Position numbers and translations under genes: made by a program. A stretch of 64,000 bases of DNA from Octopus sinensis (lineage: Eukaryota), in the NCBI RefSeq assembly GCF_006345805.1, contig NC_043014.1, positions 27,962,001 to 28,026,000 of the forward strand, in the 5' to 3' direction. The number at the start of each line of letters is the position of its first letter. Position 1 is the stretch's first letter. Below are positions 1-12,613 of this stretch, piece after piece. A model generated the notes under the pieces. That model was not told the DNA's origin, ran no database searches, and worked only from the letters and a program-made list of their open reading frames with translations.

Positions 1-144
1 TACTATGGATGAGGAGAGATGAGTGAAGAAGCTGTAGAAACACTGCCAGATCAGACTGGAGCCTGGTGCAGCCTCCTGTCTTCCTAGACCCTGGTTGAAC
101 CGTCCAACCCATGCTAGCATGGAAAACGGATGTTAAACGATGAT

Positions 145-146
<2 letters not shown>
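1..146 (+). mobile_element. RTE-derived 3' tail fragment; similar tails at about 24420-24605, 33745-33990, 47378-47470 and 57080-57430
   Basis: CCATGCTAGCATGGAAAACGGATGTTAAACGATGATGAT terminus, as in the RTE copy at 61505. Confidence 0.8.
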
Positions 147-177
<31 letters not shown>

Positions 178-747
178 TTAACCTCTGACTGCTACAAAGC
201 CAGACAACAATATTTAAATGAAGGCTATGGTTGCTAGATCAATAGATGTTAACAGTAATACACTTTAAGAACTTGATCCTAATCACTGATCTTATAGTTT
301 CCTTTACCCCATAGTGTATGAGTGTCACTGTTAGTCAATGGATGACTCACTGGAACTGCACATTCAGCATGGTGTCTCCTATAACCTCACCTCTAATCCT
401 AGATCAGATGGTGTCAGGTGCCATGCTTTGCCAAAGGGCAGCCTATTTTTTGTTCAGGACAGCTTATTTCCATATTTGTTACTAACCTCTATATCAGGAA
501 GCTATTCCCCTATCTGCCCCCAGAAGTCTGGCAGAATATTTCTTTCTCAGTTCTCCCCTAGCATCTGGGATAAAGATGCTAGGAGAGATTGTGATGGGTG
601 ATGTGATTGAGTCAGGAAAATCTGAGCAACCTCGATTTCATGAAGATGGTATCATACAACTGCAAATAGTAATAAAGAATTGTATACTATTTACTTTAAG
701 CTAGACAAAATGATGGAAGCTGAATAAGGAAACTGGGTCTTTATCGC

Positions 748-1155
748 TTATCTTTTACTTGCTTTTAGTCATTAGACTGTGGCCATGCTGGGGCACCACC
801 TTCAATTAATATGGTCAAATGAATTGACCCAAGTACTTATTTTTTTTAAAGCCTGGTACTTATTCTATTGGTCCCTTTTGCTGAACTGCTAAGTTATGGG
901 GATGTAAGACACACCAAGACTGGTTGTCAAGTGGTGGTGGGGGACAAACATAGACACAAAGATACACACACACATATATGTGTATATGTATGTATATATA
1001 TATATGACAGACTTTTGTAGCTTTCTGTCTACCAAATTCACTCACAAGGCTTTGGTGGGCCCAAGGCTATAGTAGGAGACACTTGCCCAAGGTGCCATGC
1101 AGTGGGACTGGACCTAGAACCATGTGGTTGGGAAGCAAGCTTCTTACCACATGGA
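748..1155 (-). mobile_element. tRNA-derived SINE (octopus-type) with internal microsatellite
   Basis: Minus-strand head with a GGTTCTAGGTCCAGTCCC B-box-like segment and CCTTGGGCAAGTGTC; central (TA/CA)n; same family as the copies at 20630 and 28480. Confidence 0.85.
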
Positions 1156-1491
1156 CTAAAGTTAACCATTTTAGCAAATTTTGTAAAAATTAAATTGTGT
1201 TAGCTATCAAACACTTAATCTTCAGCTGTTGATCTTCTCTAATGATTAAAATGAAACATTAAGATTGTCAGGAATGACAATTTCAGATATTATAAAATAT
1301 CTGTTTGGACTAAAAGAACTTCAGTAACTGTTTTTCTAGTTTGTTTAATCTAAATATTATTTCCCCTTCTCATTATTAAAACCTCTAACCTATCTCGGTG
1401 CAGAGTAAGAGTGAATTGCATTGTTGAGTAGAAGTACAAATAAAGAAAACTGAAACTAATCCAGAAGGTCAATGAAAGAATTAAAACTCAC

Positions 1492-1816
1492 CTGTGTGAA
1501 ATCGTCGATGTGCTTGAAGATAGTGCCTTGTACCAAATGCTTTTGGACAGAGATCACACTGATGTGGTCTTTCCCCAGTATGACTGCGGCGATGTGCAGC
1601 TAACGTCGCCAGTATGGGAAACTTCTTGTCACATTGTTCACAATGATAAGGTTTCTCACCTGTATGGTACCGCAAATGAATGAGTAAATGAGACTTTATG
1701 CGGAAAGATTTTTCACACACCTGACAAATGAAGGTCTTAGTGTGTTTGAGAATGTGCTGTTCCAAACGATTACGACTCTTGAAAGTCTTGTTACAGAGGT
1801 TGCAATTATGAGGCAT
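1492..1816 (-). CDS. C2H2 (Kruppel-type) zinc-finger protein, first coding exon with four fingers; the gene probably continues leftwards
   Basis: Four C-x2-C-x12-H-x3-H fingers with TGEKPY and TGERPH linkers. ATG at 1816 with an in-frame TGA upstream (1849-1847). Donor CAG|GTGAGT at 1492/1491; acceptor ttttacAG with a pyrimidine tract gives an exon start at 1968. Confidence 0.9.
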
Positions 1817-3663
1817 GCTGGTACTTTGGATACATAGGGACTTTAATCATAGCAAAAAGATAAGGTCTTTTTACTAAGCATGTCTAAAGAGGGTCAATGT
1901 TGAATTTGTTCATGAAAGAATCTTGACAGAGGGACCAATTTGGAAGCATTGCAATTTTGGTTCCAACACTGTAAAATAATAAAAGGGAGAATAACAAAAT
2001 TAAAATAAAACTGTTAAATAATAATCATTTTCATCATCACTTTGACCATTACACTACAATCTTCATCATACTGAACTGCAGAGACTCTGTTGAACATGTT
2101 CTACTGTGTGCTTTCCATACAAATTCTTCATAGCAAGCCAATAAGTGTGTTTCAAGCTCTCATTTAATCTGATAGAAATAGCAGCCAATTATCCTTCAGA
2201 TTACACCCTACAGTCTTAAAAATAGTGTACACTGGATAATGTAATCCTAGATAAACTATGTCTGATAATAAAAGATAGGATGGCTATAGTATGAGCATTT
2301 TTGACTAGATCAGGTTAATTAGGCCTGAGTTAGAAGTAAACAAAAATGTAGTGTAACAGGATCCTCCAGATACACTGAAATAGGATATATGGATTTATCT
2401 CAGACATTCTATCAGGAGTAAACACTAAGTTTACTGAGGTTATTCAATAGAAAAAAAACAAAACAACGCTACAGCAATAACTATATCAATTACCATTGAG
2501 TCTATAAGACTTTGGAAAACATATATTCATATATTTCACTTGGTCTGCATCATAAAAATATTGAATATGCAATTATATATGGTCTAGCATACTAAATAAA
2601 TATGTAATAAAACCCATGTTAAAGTTTACATTATAATTTACTGAAGAATCTTGTTAAAAAAAAAGGTAACACAAATAACTTGCAAAATATAATTTATATA
2701 TTAAGCCAGTGAGAAACTTCTTATATTATTTCTCAACCTCTTTATTGTAACTTCCAAATCTATTCCTCCTATCTTGATAATGACGTTGTTTATTTTAAAC
2801 CCTAAATCATGTACAAAATTAGAAGACCAGATATTTATTACTCATGCTATTATGATAGACCCAACTGATATACCATCTTATACCTGCAGAATTGGAATTA
2901 TGAGTTTTTGAGTACATTATAGAATTTTTTCAAGAGTGTTGACTAAATCTACTCAAAAACAATGAATTGTTTTTTAATTCCAGGTCAGTTCCTGATAAAG
3001 ACATATGATTAAAAGCGCTTCAGTTGAGATCATCCATGAATTGCATTAAGAATTAAATGAAACCATTTTAATTTTAAAACAGTAGGGTATAATTTGAAGG
3101 AAATCTGGCTGTGATTTCTTGCAGTTTGAGTAACCCCACAGAGGCTATAGCAAGATTATGTAATTGCTATTTAGCCCCAGGTTAGCACTCATACAACACA
3201 TCGGTAATCAAAGGTTTTTTTTTAAACAGTATATCCAAGGTTACATTATTTCAGCATGCAATTTCCTTCTTTTAAGATGAGATATGTAATTAAGATGAGA
3301 TATGTAATTAAGATGAGATATGCTATTTCTAGCATATCGAGTGACTACATAGAGGTTCTCTTAATATTGTAAGTCTGATACACAAATAGTAAAATTTGTA
3401 GTAAAAAAATTCTGTAATAATATAAGGGAATAGAAGAAACCCCTGTTTGATTTCTTACATAAGCTACATAGTTTAAAGGAAATGAATGGCAAGTTGTATT
3501 CTGTGAGTGTGTGTGTGTGGCTGTACTTTTTTTAAGCTCATTTGTGATGAAATCAAAGCTGGTTTCCATTTTCTGGTTGTATAAATGAAACCTTTTTTAT
3601 ATATGCTTGTATATACCTGAGTAAAAGAACCACTGAGTATATACTGTGAGATGGCATATGAGT

Positions 3664-3664
3664 A

Positions 3665-3735
<71 letters not shown>
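3664..3735. repeat. Compound (TA)n(GA)n(GT)n microsatellite
   Basis: Directly visible. Confidence 0.95.
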
Positions 3736-5540
3736 AAGTGACAAAGTCTGAGTGAAATAGATATTTGCGTGTGGCTGAGTGATGTAGTCTGAATGATAAA
3801 GATGCTCGAGTGTGTGTGTGAGTGAGTGAAATCGAGATTGTGAGTTTAAAGTCTTTTCTTTATTCTTTCTTCAGGAGGGCGAATGAGGAAGGAGTAATAT
3901 CATCGTAACTGTGCTCGATGTTAAATACAAGTATATTGTTTATATGATGCCATTTTGCAACTTTAAATCTAATTTAACAGCTGTCAAAAACACTGCAGTC
4001 TTTGAGCAACAGCAAACTTCAGTATTCAAACTAAGCGAGTATGTATAGGTGCATAAACGAGTGTGTAAAGTAAACTGGTTGCGGTTTAAGTCAAACATCG
4101 ATCAAGATGCCATGTAAAATGAATGTTGTACCTCTCTCTACCTATTTACTCAGAAAGCGGGACAGAGCGCATGACCATTGTGGACTCTCCCAGAATGGCT
4201 GTTAGATCGACGCGATTGATATTTAATTTCAAATTTTGCAGGTTGATGCAGAGAGCAAACGAGAATGCTTCTTGGTGGTCGTTTAACATCTTAGAGATAT
4301 TAACTAAATCCTCAAATCACACCCTACTCTGTTTTGAAAACACACTGAAACAATGTGTTCCTTGATACCCTAAAGCTAATCTAACGGCTGGAATGTCTTT
4401 GAGTATATGACTATTCGATCAGGTCTCAACTGATTGTTAACCAACTAGAATGACAGAGAGGAATTTCAGAGAGTTGAGCAAATTTTTTAGCATAGGATTC
4501 GGTAGGGTTATAGATGGAATTGTGGTGCGTGTTCTACGTCGGGTCACCATTTTAGATAGTGGTCCGTGTTCTACGTCGGGGTCACCAACTTTAGATGGTC
4601 GAGGTAAAGCGTGGTTTCACAACGTGTACACTCGAGTGAATGCTAAAGATAGCCCCTCACAAATCATTTTGTGGGAAACAAAATAGACGGTAAAAGGAAG
4701 ATATTTCTGTAGCGAAGAGATGAAATTAGAAAGAACGGTCGGTCAGTGAAGTAAAGTGATAGCTTGTATCTGCTAAATTCAAATGCCCGTATATATAATA
4801 AAAGGAAGAACAAATTTCACTCAAGTGTACGCTACAGGGTGATATACAATTAAGGGCAATGAAAAAAAAGAAGCAGTGAAAAGTTGGTATGTCAGGACTG
4901 GGGATGGTGTGCACCTTGTTAGGTCAGGAACAGAAGCTGTGGTAATAGCAATGGAAGACAGAGAGAAAGAACACATGTTGATAGAAGGAATTTATAAATT
5001 CTTACTTCCAAATATGAAGTGATATTTAGTTTCCCTATAATTTACAACTAGAATGCTTGAGACGGAGCAATTTGAGGTTTTGAAAATGTACGACTACTCA
5101 GACAAGCTGAGTTTTGTTTTAGCAAGGGTTGTTATACATGACAAGCGTCTGCACAATTTCCGTTTATCAAATTTCGCTCATAAGGCATTGATCAACCTGA
5201 GCTACGACAGAGTAATAGAATCGAACTAGGAACCACATGAATGTGAATCGAGCTTCTTAACCATAAGCCTATGTTATCAATGAATAAATGAAGGGAAAGT
5301 GTACAAACTCTTGAACAAAAGATAGATTTGACCAATACTATGAGTTATCATAAATATTTAACACGATTAATTAAATAATTAATAAACTACGAAAATGTTC
5401 TTGATCTTAACTTTAAAATGTCAACACTTTGATAAATATAAGATTGCCAAAGTTTTTTTATAGCGATAATCATCGTAGAAAAGAATACAGAAGTTTACGA
5501 AAAGGTTTAATAAAGTACAAGGATGTAAAGCATTAAATAC

Positions 5541-5800
5541 CTTTGGATAACAAGACTATTGATTGTCTGGGCATGATTTGATCCAATTAGTAGAACAAAT
5601 TCTAATGAAGAGGGAAAGAGAGAAAGTTAGAATATTTTGGCACAAACAAGAAACAGAAAAATGGCGAGCGGCAACCAAGAGAAACAAAATGATGGATTAC
5701 GGGTGGAGTTTAAGGGAATATTAGTTTCCCGTTATTGGCCATCCCGCAACTTTCGTATTGTCTCACCTGTTCTCATCTAATTTTCCAATGTATAAAGGTT
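5541..5800. promoter_or_regulatory. Probable bidirectional promoter between the ZNF gene (-) and URB2 (+)
   Basis: YY1-like AAAATGGCG at 5657-5666, ATTGG (CCAAT box) at 5734-5738, local CpGs, a candidate minus-strand donor AAAG|GTATTT at 5541/5540, and a candidate URB2 ATG at 5788. The TSS positions are inferred. Confidence 0.4.
5788..5797 (+). CDS. URB2: URB2 candidate first coding micro-exon (M-Y-K-G/)
   Basis: ATGTATAAAG|GTTTAC supplies the phase-1 G needed by exon 2. The joined MYKGVFARLKS resembles vertebrate URB2 VYSGISLKLKS as recalled. The donor is weak. Confidence 0.45.
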
Positions 5801-6559
5801 TACTTCAATGCTTCTGGATGCTTCCTATGAAGTTTTTTTTTTAATATCTATTTTTATTTTATCGTATTCACTTTTTTCGCACTGTTAATTTTTGCCTTTG
5901 ATTGATTACACATATGGACTTCCGTAGTTAAATAAAGGCTTCCCCTTTTATATCAACCGGTGTATGTTAAACAAAAGTTCCTATATATTTATATATATAT
6001 TTTTACGCCTCAGTCGTAGACGTACTTGGACGTCAGCTGGCACGATTTATCTTACATTTAGTTTAGGGTTGAATTAACAATTTGTTTACCCCTGTTGTAG
6101 TGGGTAATTAAAGAAACGTGTATGCTTTTTGATTCATTTTTATTTTCATTATCCGTTAACTTACGTAAATTACCTGTTGTAATTTAAATTTTTTTTGTGT
6201 CGAACCTTTAAGGACGTGTTGGAGCCGCTAGAAACTTAATTCCATTGTATTCTGCTCGGTAATGATTTACGAAGTAGGAAATAATTCATAAAAATGAAAT
6301 GAAGAAATAAACGTATGAATTAGAAATATGTGAAAGAAAAACATTCAGTTACATAGCGGCAGTAGTAATCATTTTTTATCTGAGAAATTAGTCAATCACC
6401 TTCGGTTAGTGGCGAAGTGTAAAAATACGAATCTATTATAAGAATCACTGGATCTTTCATTGCACTCACACACAAATAGTTTATTTCATTGGCCTCGGTG
6501 TTTTTTACCTGCATATATAGTGTTCTATGCGTTAACACATTAAATGAAGATGCACAAAG

Positions 6560-6734
6560 AAAGGAATATTCGGAAATGAGGAGGAGCCGATGACAACATA
6601 CACTTGAGGAACACGGTATGTGCTGAGACATGGACGCTGAAATCTCAAGGAAAATAAGGGCAGGATGGAAGGCGTTTACCTCGATAAAAGGTGTGCTCAA
6701 AGCAAACTAGAAAGATCCAACGTGCCTGTCTCTT
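6560..6734 (+). mobile_element. RTE-type LINE fragment (different subfamily)
   Basis: Translates as DAEISRKIRAGWKAFTSIKGVLK. Confidence 0.6.
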
Positions 6735-8143
6735 TGTTGCGAGGGTGCTTGTTCACCAATGTCGTGGTGCTTGTTGGTGTTTGTTATATTGCTGATGATC
6801 ATGGGGGTGCGACTTAGCTGGCTGCGTGTATAATAAATGAAGCAGCTCACGAACTTTTAATATATTTATTGCTGGACAAGATTTAATGCGTTGGGTTTTT
6901 ACAAAAGAAAGATGCTGATAATATAATTGCCGACAGGGAGGAGAGAACCGTATTGTGTTGTAGAAGGCTAGCAGTGATACAGCGTATGTAGAGGTATCCG
7001 AAGTCGTCCGCCTCGCTCTACTGTCCAAGACTGTCTAGTCTTAGCAGCCTGCCTTCTATGAGTGCTTAAGGTTGTCTATGCGAAAGCCTAAGAATATCTA
7101 CTCAGAAAGTTAGGTGCCAAATGGTTTTTATAGAGTGAAAAGGGGGCACATTTTTAGATCGTCCGAGGAGCCAAATCATGTTACAACTTCACGCGGTCAA
7201 TTTATAGATCATTCAGGCGAAATTGTGGTGGCTTACTCATGTTCCCAAATTGAATATCTTGCAGTTGGGGTTCGGATCCTTACTTATTCAATAGAACTGT
7301 TCCACCTGCGCTTTATATGCAAGTGAGACGTAAGCTACTACAAAGAGGGAAGAACATCGGTTGGCTACAACACAAAGTTCTGTAGCATACGCTTAGTGAA
7401 ATTCTCTCTCTCTTCGGTTTTTTGGACCCTGTTGTGTCCACTACTCTGATTGGTTGGTATTGGCGCAATTTGTCTCTTGCGCAACCCAACCAATCGTGAC
7501 CTTCTGATAAGGTCCCGTGACACGGCTTTTCTAAAGCTCCGTTTGAACCGAATATTTACTATAAAACTTCTGCGATTCACCATGTTTCGACTTTGGTTCT
7601 AGACCTTCTAAGGTCAAACCACTGACCACATAGCCAGTTCCAGCGACTACACCAGCAACAACATGGAGAAACATCAACACTTCGTCTAGCAGCATTCAGA
7701 ACCTTCATCTTAACGACGCCAACACCATCTCTACGTACACAGAAACATTCGCTCAGGTTAAATTTCCTCTCTGTTTGTGAATTATTTCACCAAGGTTAAC
7801 AGCAAGCTCAAACTGCGAGATCTTCCTGTAACCGGCACAGCATAGTCACAACCGCTTACACGACACGTGATTCAACCGGCTCTGCATTGTAGCCACAACT
7901 TCTTGTTACAGAACTTCAACTATTGTGTATCTTACTATGAACTGGTATTTATCTTCATTGTGTCTGAACTTCTAGCGTCCTGTTATAGACTCTGTATATC
8001 ATCTCACACGCATACACCCTTGTTTGTACACACATACACATTATGTATGCATGGTGGCCTGTCTATTATTGTTATATATATACTTATATCGCACATACAG
8101 AAACACACTCTGCTAACACCTAAATAAAACCTTTCTCTTAACA
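6735..8143 (+). mobile_element. Probable solo-LTR-like element related to 29581-30491
   Basis: Starts TGT, with CCAAT at about 7490, TATAAAA at 7560-7566, the shared GACCTT-CT-AAGGTC motif at 7602-7615 and AATAAA at about 8123. The TSD was not confirmed and the right boundary is uncertain. Confidence 0.4.
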
Positions 8144-10073
8144 TTCTACGGTTGTGTCTTCTCCCTTTTCCTTCTGGCACTCTTACTCATTTATCCATTT
8201 TTGCTTTTATTAAAAGTGACTGTGCGGTGTATTAAAGGAGCCATTCATTCGTCACCTCACCTTTCGCACGGTCGTTCTATAAAGTCTCGGTGACCTAGTG
8301 CCTATTTATCCATTTTTGCTTTTATTGTAAGCGAGCGTGCGGTGTATTAAAGGAGTCATTCATTCGTCACCTCTCCTTTCGCACGGTTGTTCTACAGTTC
8401 CACTTAAAGGCCAATGCTAAGAATATCGTTGCGGAAGCATATCTGGAACAAGGTGGTGTGAGAACAAAGCGGGGCGAATGACGTGATCGCAGAATATCGA
8501 AAGTACTGCGGGGTCAGATATGTTGCAAGGTTCACAGACAAGTTATCTTTGTTCTCTTTGAGCATATAAAAGACAAATTTACCTGGGGCAAAATGAGTAA
8601 GGCGAGAGAAGGTAAATTTGTCTCTTCAATTCACCAGAATTACATATGGAAAAAGGCTCATGCACATCATTATCTATAGTTAGACATCAGAAAGATTAGA
8701 AATGCAACAAAATGTTCTAATATCTAGGTCAAATTGAAAGAGGATCATGGAAAAATGGCACATGATAGGAAATTAACGAAACTCAACTAAATCTAAAAAC
8801 AAAAAACCCCAAAACTCAATATAAGATATTTTCAAGCTTCTTTATGATCTTCTGGAGTGGCAATCTTCATGATATATTTACACACCAAACATTTAAAGAA
8901 AAGAAATGGTTGAAATTAGACATGGCTCATTAAACCCCATTTTAGATACCATCTTTGAAAATTGAAAATTTTCAAATTAGATATTAGTATAAGGAAAGAT
9001 GGACTTGGAATCTAACAGAGAAAAGAATATAAATTGTTAAACACCAAAAATTATCCAGATACTTTATTAGCAACCTAAATCACAATCAGGTCAAGGTAAA
9101 GGAAAAATTTCTTGACAGAAAGTATCTGTCACCTGACTGTTCCAAACTCTCAACTTCAACAACTATGTTAACCAATTGGTTTCTATGTCACTACACCAAG
9201 AAGGTTACCTCGGTGCAACAGATGGACTGCCAGGAAACGCCAAAAGAATAGAGGTTGCTCTATTCTCTGGAGAGTAGATGCGAAAGATATGCAAGGATAT
9301 GTGTGCGCGCGCGCGCGTGTGTTTGCATTAGGCTGTATGTTGGAGTTGGCAGTTACTAGTTTGTAATGGGTGTTGCTGTTGCAGATGTGCAAGATGAACG
9401 AAGAACAGTGGTTGAAGTTGTAAAGAAATATTTATTTACCGTTACTTTATATAATGCCATGCCACGACGAACAGATGTGTGGCATAACATAAGTGGAAGG
9501 ACATGCGAGATAAAGGAAGTTAACTTCTTGTATAGTTGGTGTTTGTGTTCTCGTCATTGTGTAGTAGTAACCCACAGATAAAGATGAAGTAAAGTTCTAG
9601 AGAAAAGAAAGTGAGCTAGTGAGAGTGAGAGAGTCGAGGGAAGTTGTGTCTCATAGTCGCTGATTGTAACCTTCTGGCTGTTTATCTTTATTGGTTGCCT
9701 GACTCTAGTTGGTCTTTGTTCACTAATGGATTTTGCCTTGCCAAATTCTAGTATTTATAACTATGCAAAACCAGCTTGAAAGATAGACATATTGTTGAGA
9801 ACAATAGATTTCGTTGGAGGTCTGTTATCTCTATTTTAGCTTTCGGTGGCCTAGAAGAGGTTAGAAGGGTCAAGTGGCAAAGACATTATTCTGCTTAACG
9901 AAGGCATCTGGAAAATGTAACTGCTGTCACTCGGAAAAAAAACTATAGTTTTATCGTGATAAGAGTGCTGTTGAACTGTTAAGTGAAATTTGGCGATTGA
10001 GGATCGAATCCACGCTATGCCTGCATGAAGCCACTACACACACACACACACGTGCTCGCGCGCACACATATAG

Positions 10074-10343
10074 ATGGAAATTTCCTGGAAGGTCATGCAC
10101 CTAACTTTGGGATTAAAAGCTTTACCAATCACTGCACACAACCAAAGTTCCCACCTCTCTGTCCAGAGTAAGAACCCATTATTGTACAGTTTAAGGTTAA
10201 AGGTTACGCAACTTTTTAATACTTTGCCAAAAGGTCTCAGAAATCTACAAGGTGTAAACATACATGTGTTCAAAGAACAGTTAGATAAATGTTTATATGA
10301 TATACTAAATGAATCCACATCACGGCAAGCAATACAAGAGTAG
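10074..10343 (+). mobile_element. CR1/L2-like LINE 3' ORF fragment
   Basis: SLRLKVTQLFNTLPKGLRNL...FKEQLDKCL is a typical C-terminal motif of CR1-group ORF2. Confidence 0.6.
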
Positions 10344-12440
10344 CTCTGTCCAATTCATTCCTTCAACGCTAATGGTGGAAACCTCTATACAGTCCCTTTT
10401 ATATATCTTACAAACTACCATACAGTGCCTGTAAAAAGAGTATGATCATAGCAGAAACTTCTTTTATCGGAAAGTACTGACTTGGGAATTAAACAAAACA
10501 ACACCTCTGATACATGTAAAACAACATCCTTAATTTATTGACCCCTCAAAGTCACTACTCTGCAAGATCGTATCAATAGAAAAGACAAGATAGAGCAGAA
10601 ATTGTCAATTGAATCATGAATTCGTATTCTGTCACAATTGCTTCACTTCTACTCCAATTCCATATTTTTCTCTTCTAAAAAAACACACATACAGGAGGAG
10701 TAAATTATACATATAATAATACTTTCAATGAGGCTCCCGATAAACAGTATAAATAATTACCCGATCAATGACGGGTTTTTCTGCTATTTTAGTATAAGAA
10801 CATATTTATTTTGTGCAATCATTTATCTAGAAGGATAAATAAAAAGCACAGACTGGATATAATAGCAATAGGAACACAAAAGGTGCGGTTTATTGGTGTG
10901 CTACGAGTGGATATATCTAATTTCTTGAAGGAATAGAGATTCTTGCAAGAAATGTTAGCTATATCTTCTGCTTGATGTAATTGTTTCTGTATAGAGGCAT
11001 GACACCGGGAATAGTAGTAATTTGTAGTTATCTCCCATGCACACTTATTTCACCAACTTCCGGTAAGAACACCACATGGCCTGTAAATATGTCTTTACGG
11101 CATGTTGTTCCCGGTAAGAGTTTCTTAACTTTTTTGTTATTTTCTACCTTCAAGTACTTTTAATATTGTAGAATTTATAATATAATTAGTATTGCCATAG
11201 TTTCTTTGCATACATCTAGTTTTTGTTTGGTTTATATTTCCAAATTTTCATATTTTGTGCTATTTATTTACATGGCTCTCTAAATATTTTTGCATGAACT
11301 TGAAAACAAAGTCACTGAAAGCATAAATTGTCTACAAATATTGTCGGTCTTTCATACCCCTTCTACCATTAAAATATAAGAACAATCTTTAAACAGTAGC
11401 TTGTTGCATCTCGGATCAAAACAGTTCTTTCTACATACCTCTATTTAACTGGAGACTAGTTAATAAAACCTTCAACGAAATTTATTGGTAATTCATTAAC
11501 TTCGTATCAAGGGAGATATCTATTTAACTTTCGCTGACGCAGTAGGAACTTACGATAGCTCATGACACCTTGTAATTCGTAAAAATAAAAGTACCTTTTA
11601 ACAAATTGATATTTCCTTTGAAATGACTTAAAAGTTAATGCGATTTGGCCGTCTTAAGTAAAGATAATTCAATCTGTCGTTTGTTTGTTAAATGTTATGC
11701 ATGAGAAACCAATAGTTTTCAGATATCCTCATACAAACTCCGTTGGTAACTCAGATTTATCCATCTTCACCCCAAGGCAGTCGGATATCTAAGATACTGA
11801 CCCAAGCGTCAGTATCTCAGATATCTCACCTCGGTACATCAGTACTTCTGGTCTCCCACCTTTCGCGTGCGCGAATTTTTTTTTTCATATTCGTTCATAG
11901 GAAGTTGTTTTACACCTATTACACACATTTTTTTTTTGATTTTCTGATATTTGTTACGCCCTATATTAACCGAAAATTCTATAGAGACACCCATTCTGAA
12001 AGTGTTGTAATATAGTTAAAACTACACATTGCCCCTATTTTCAACTTTGTTTCTTGATAATTTTCTGAAAAATGCACATCTTTAAATGAAATATTGCAGA
12101 TACTTTTTCAGTGGTACAGATCTCAAGGAGTTTTGGATCATTCTCTCTCCTGATTTTTGCTTTCTCTACAGAATAACATTTTGTAGAAATACGTTTTTGA
12201 GAGTGTAAATTATGTAATGGAGTGTGGAAGAATACGATCCAATCTCTTCCCTCTAATTTTTTCCCCTAAATGTTATCAACAAAATTATAAATGTATACCC
12301 CCAAAAATATATTTTTTGCAAAATTTCACTAAAAATGTACATCTTGTAGGAAGTTATGAGGTCATAAAATGGCGTGTGGGGAGCTCTAGTTATGATACAA
12401 TATGATTGCTTTTACAATATAATAAACTTATTTCTTTCAG

Positions 12441-12591
12441 GTGTTTTTGCACGTTTAAAGTCCATAACAACACCATTGAAAGTAAAATTAAAATTGGCGA
12501 AATATTTATGGATCTCCGAGTCGGTCATTATACCAAATAAGACTGAAGTCCTGTTCGATTTTATTGCTGGATTGCTGGTGAAAAAGAAAAG
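12441..12591 (+). CDS. URB2: URB2 exon 2
   Basis: tttcAG|...|GTAAAA. GVFARLKSITTPLKVKLKLAKYLWISESVIIPNKTEVLFDF matches the conserved URB2 N-terminus (recalled KLKLAHFAWIS...PNKEQVLLDW). Phase 1 to 2. Confidence 0.9.
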
Positions 12592-12613
12592 GTAAAAAAA
12601 AATCAATAAGTTT

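Noticed and set aside
338-601. The 87-aa ORF as a gene or the next ZNF exon
   Set aside because: Wrong strand for the ZNF and no recognisable motif; it shares a short stretch with about 22660-22680, which suggests a repeat remnant.
748-1155. tRNA genes
   Set aside because: The A/B-box segments belong to SINE heads, and no complete cloverleaf was found.
3272-3322. Short tandem repeats (18-bp unit here, 22-bp at about 14101, 33-bp at about 35853)
   Set aside because: Two to three copies each, consistent with ordinary slippage duplications.
3850-3900. Plus-strand acceptor-like site tttcttcAG at about 3874
   Set aside because: No supporting ORF or upstream plus-strand gene; it lies antisense within the presumed ZNF intron.
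5661-5780. The ATGGCG ORF as the URB2 start
   Set aside because: It stops at 5778-5780 after 39 codons and shows no URB2 similarity; it is better read as a YY1-like motif or a uORF.
8189-8397. CRISPR-like array
   Set aside because: Only two long, diverged units in a eukaryotic context, with no repeat-spacer periodicity and no cas genes.
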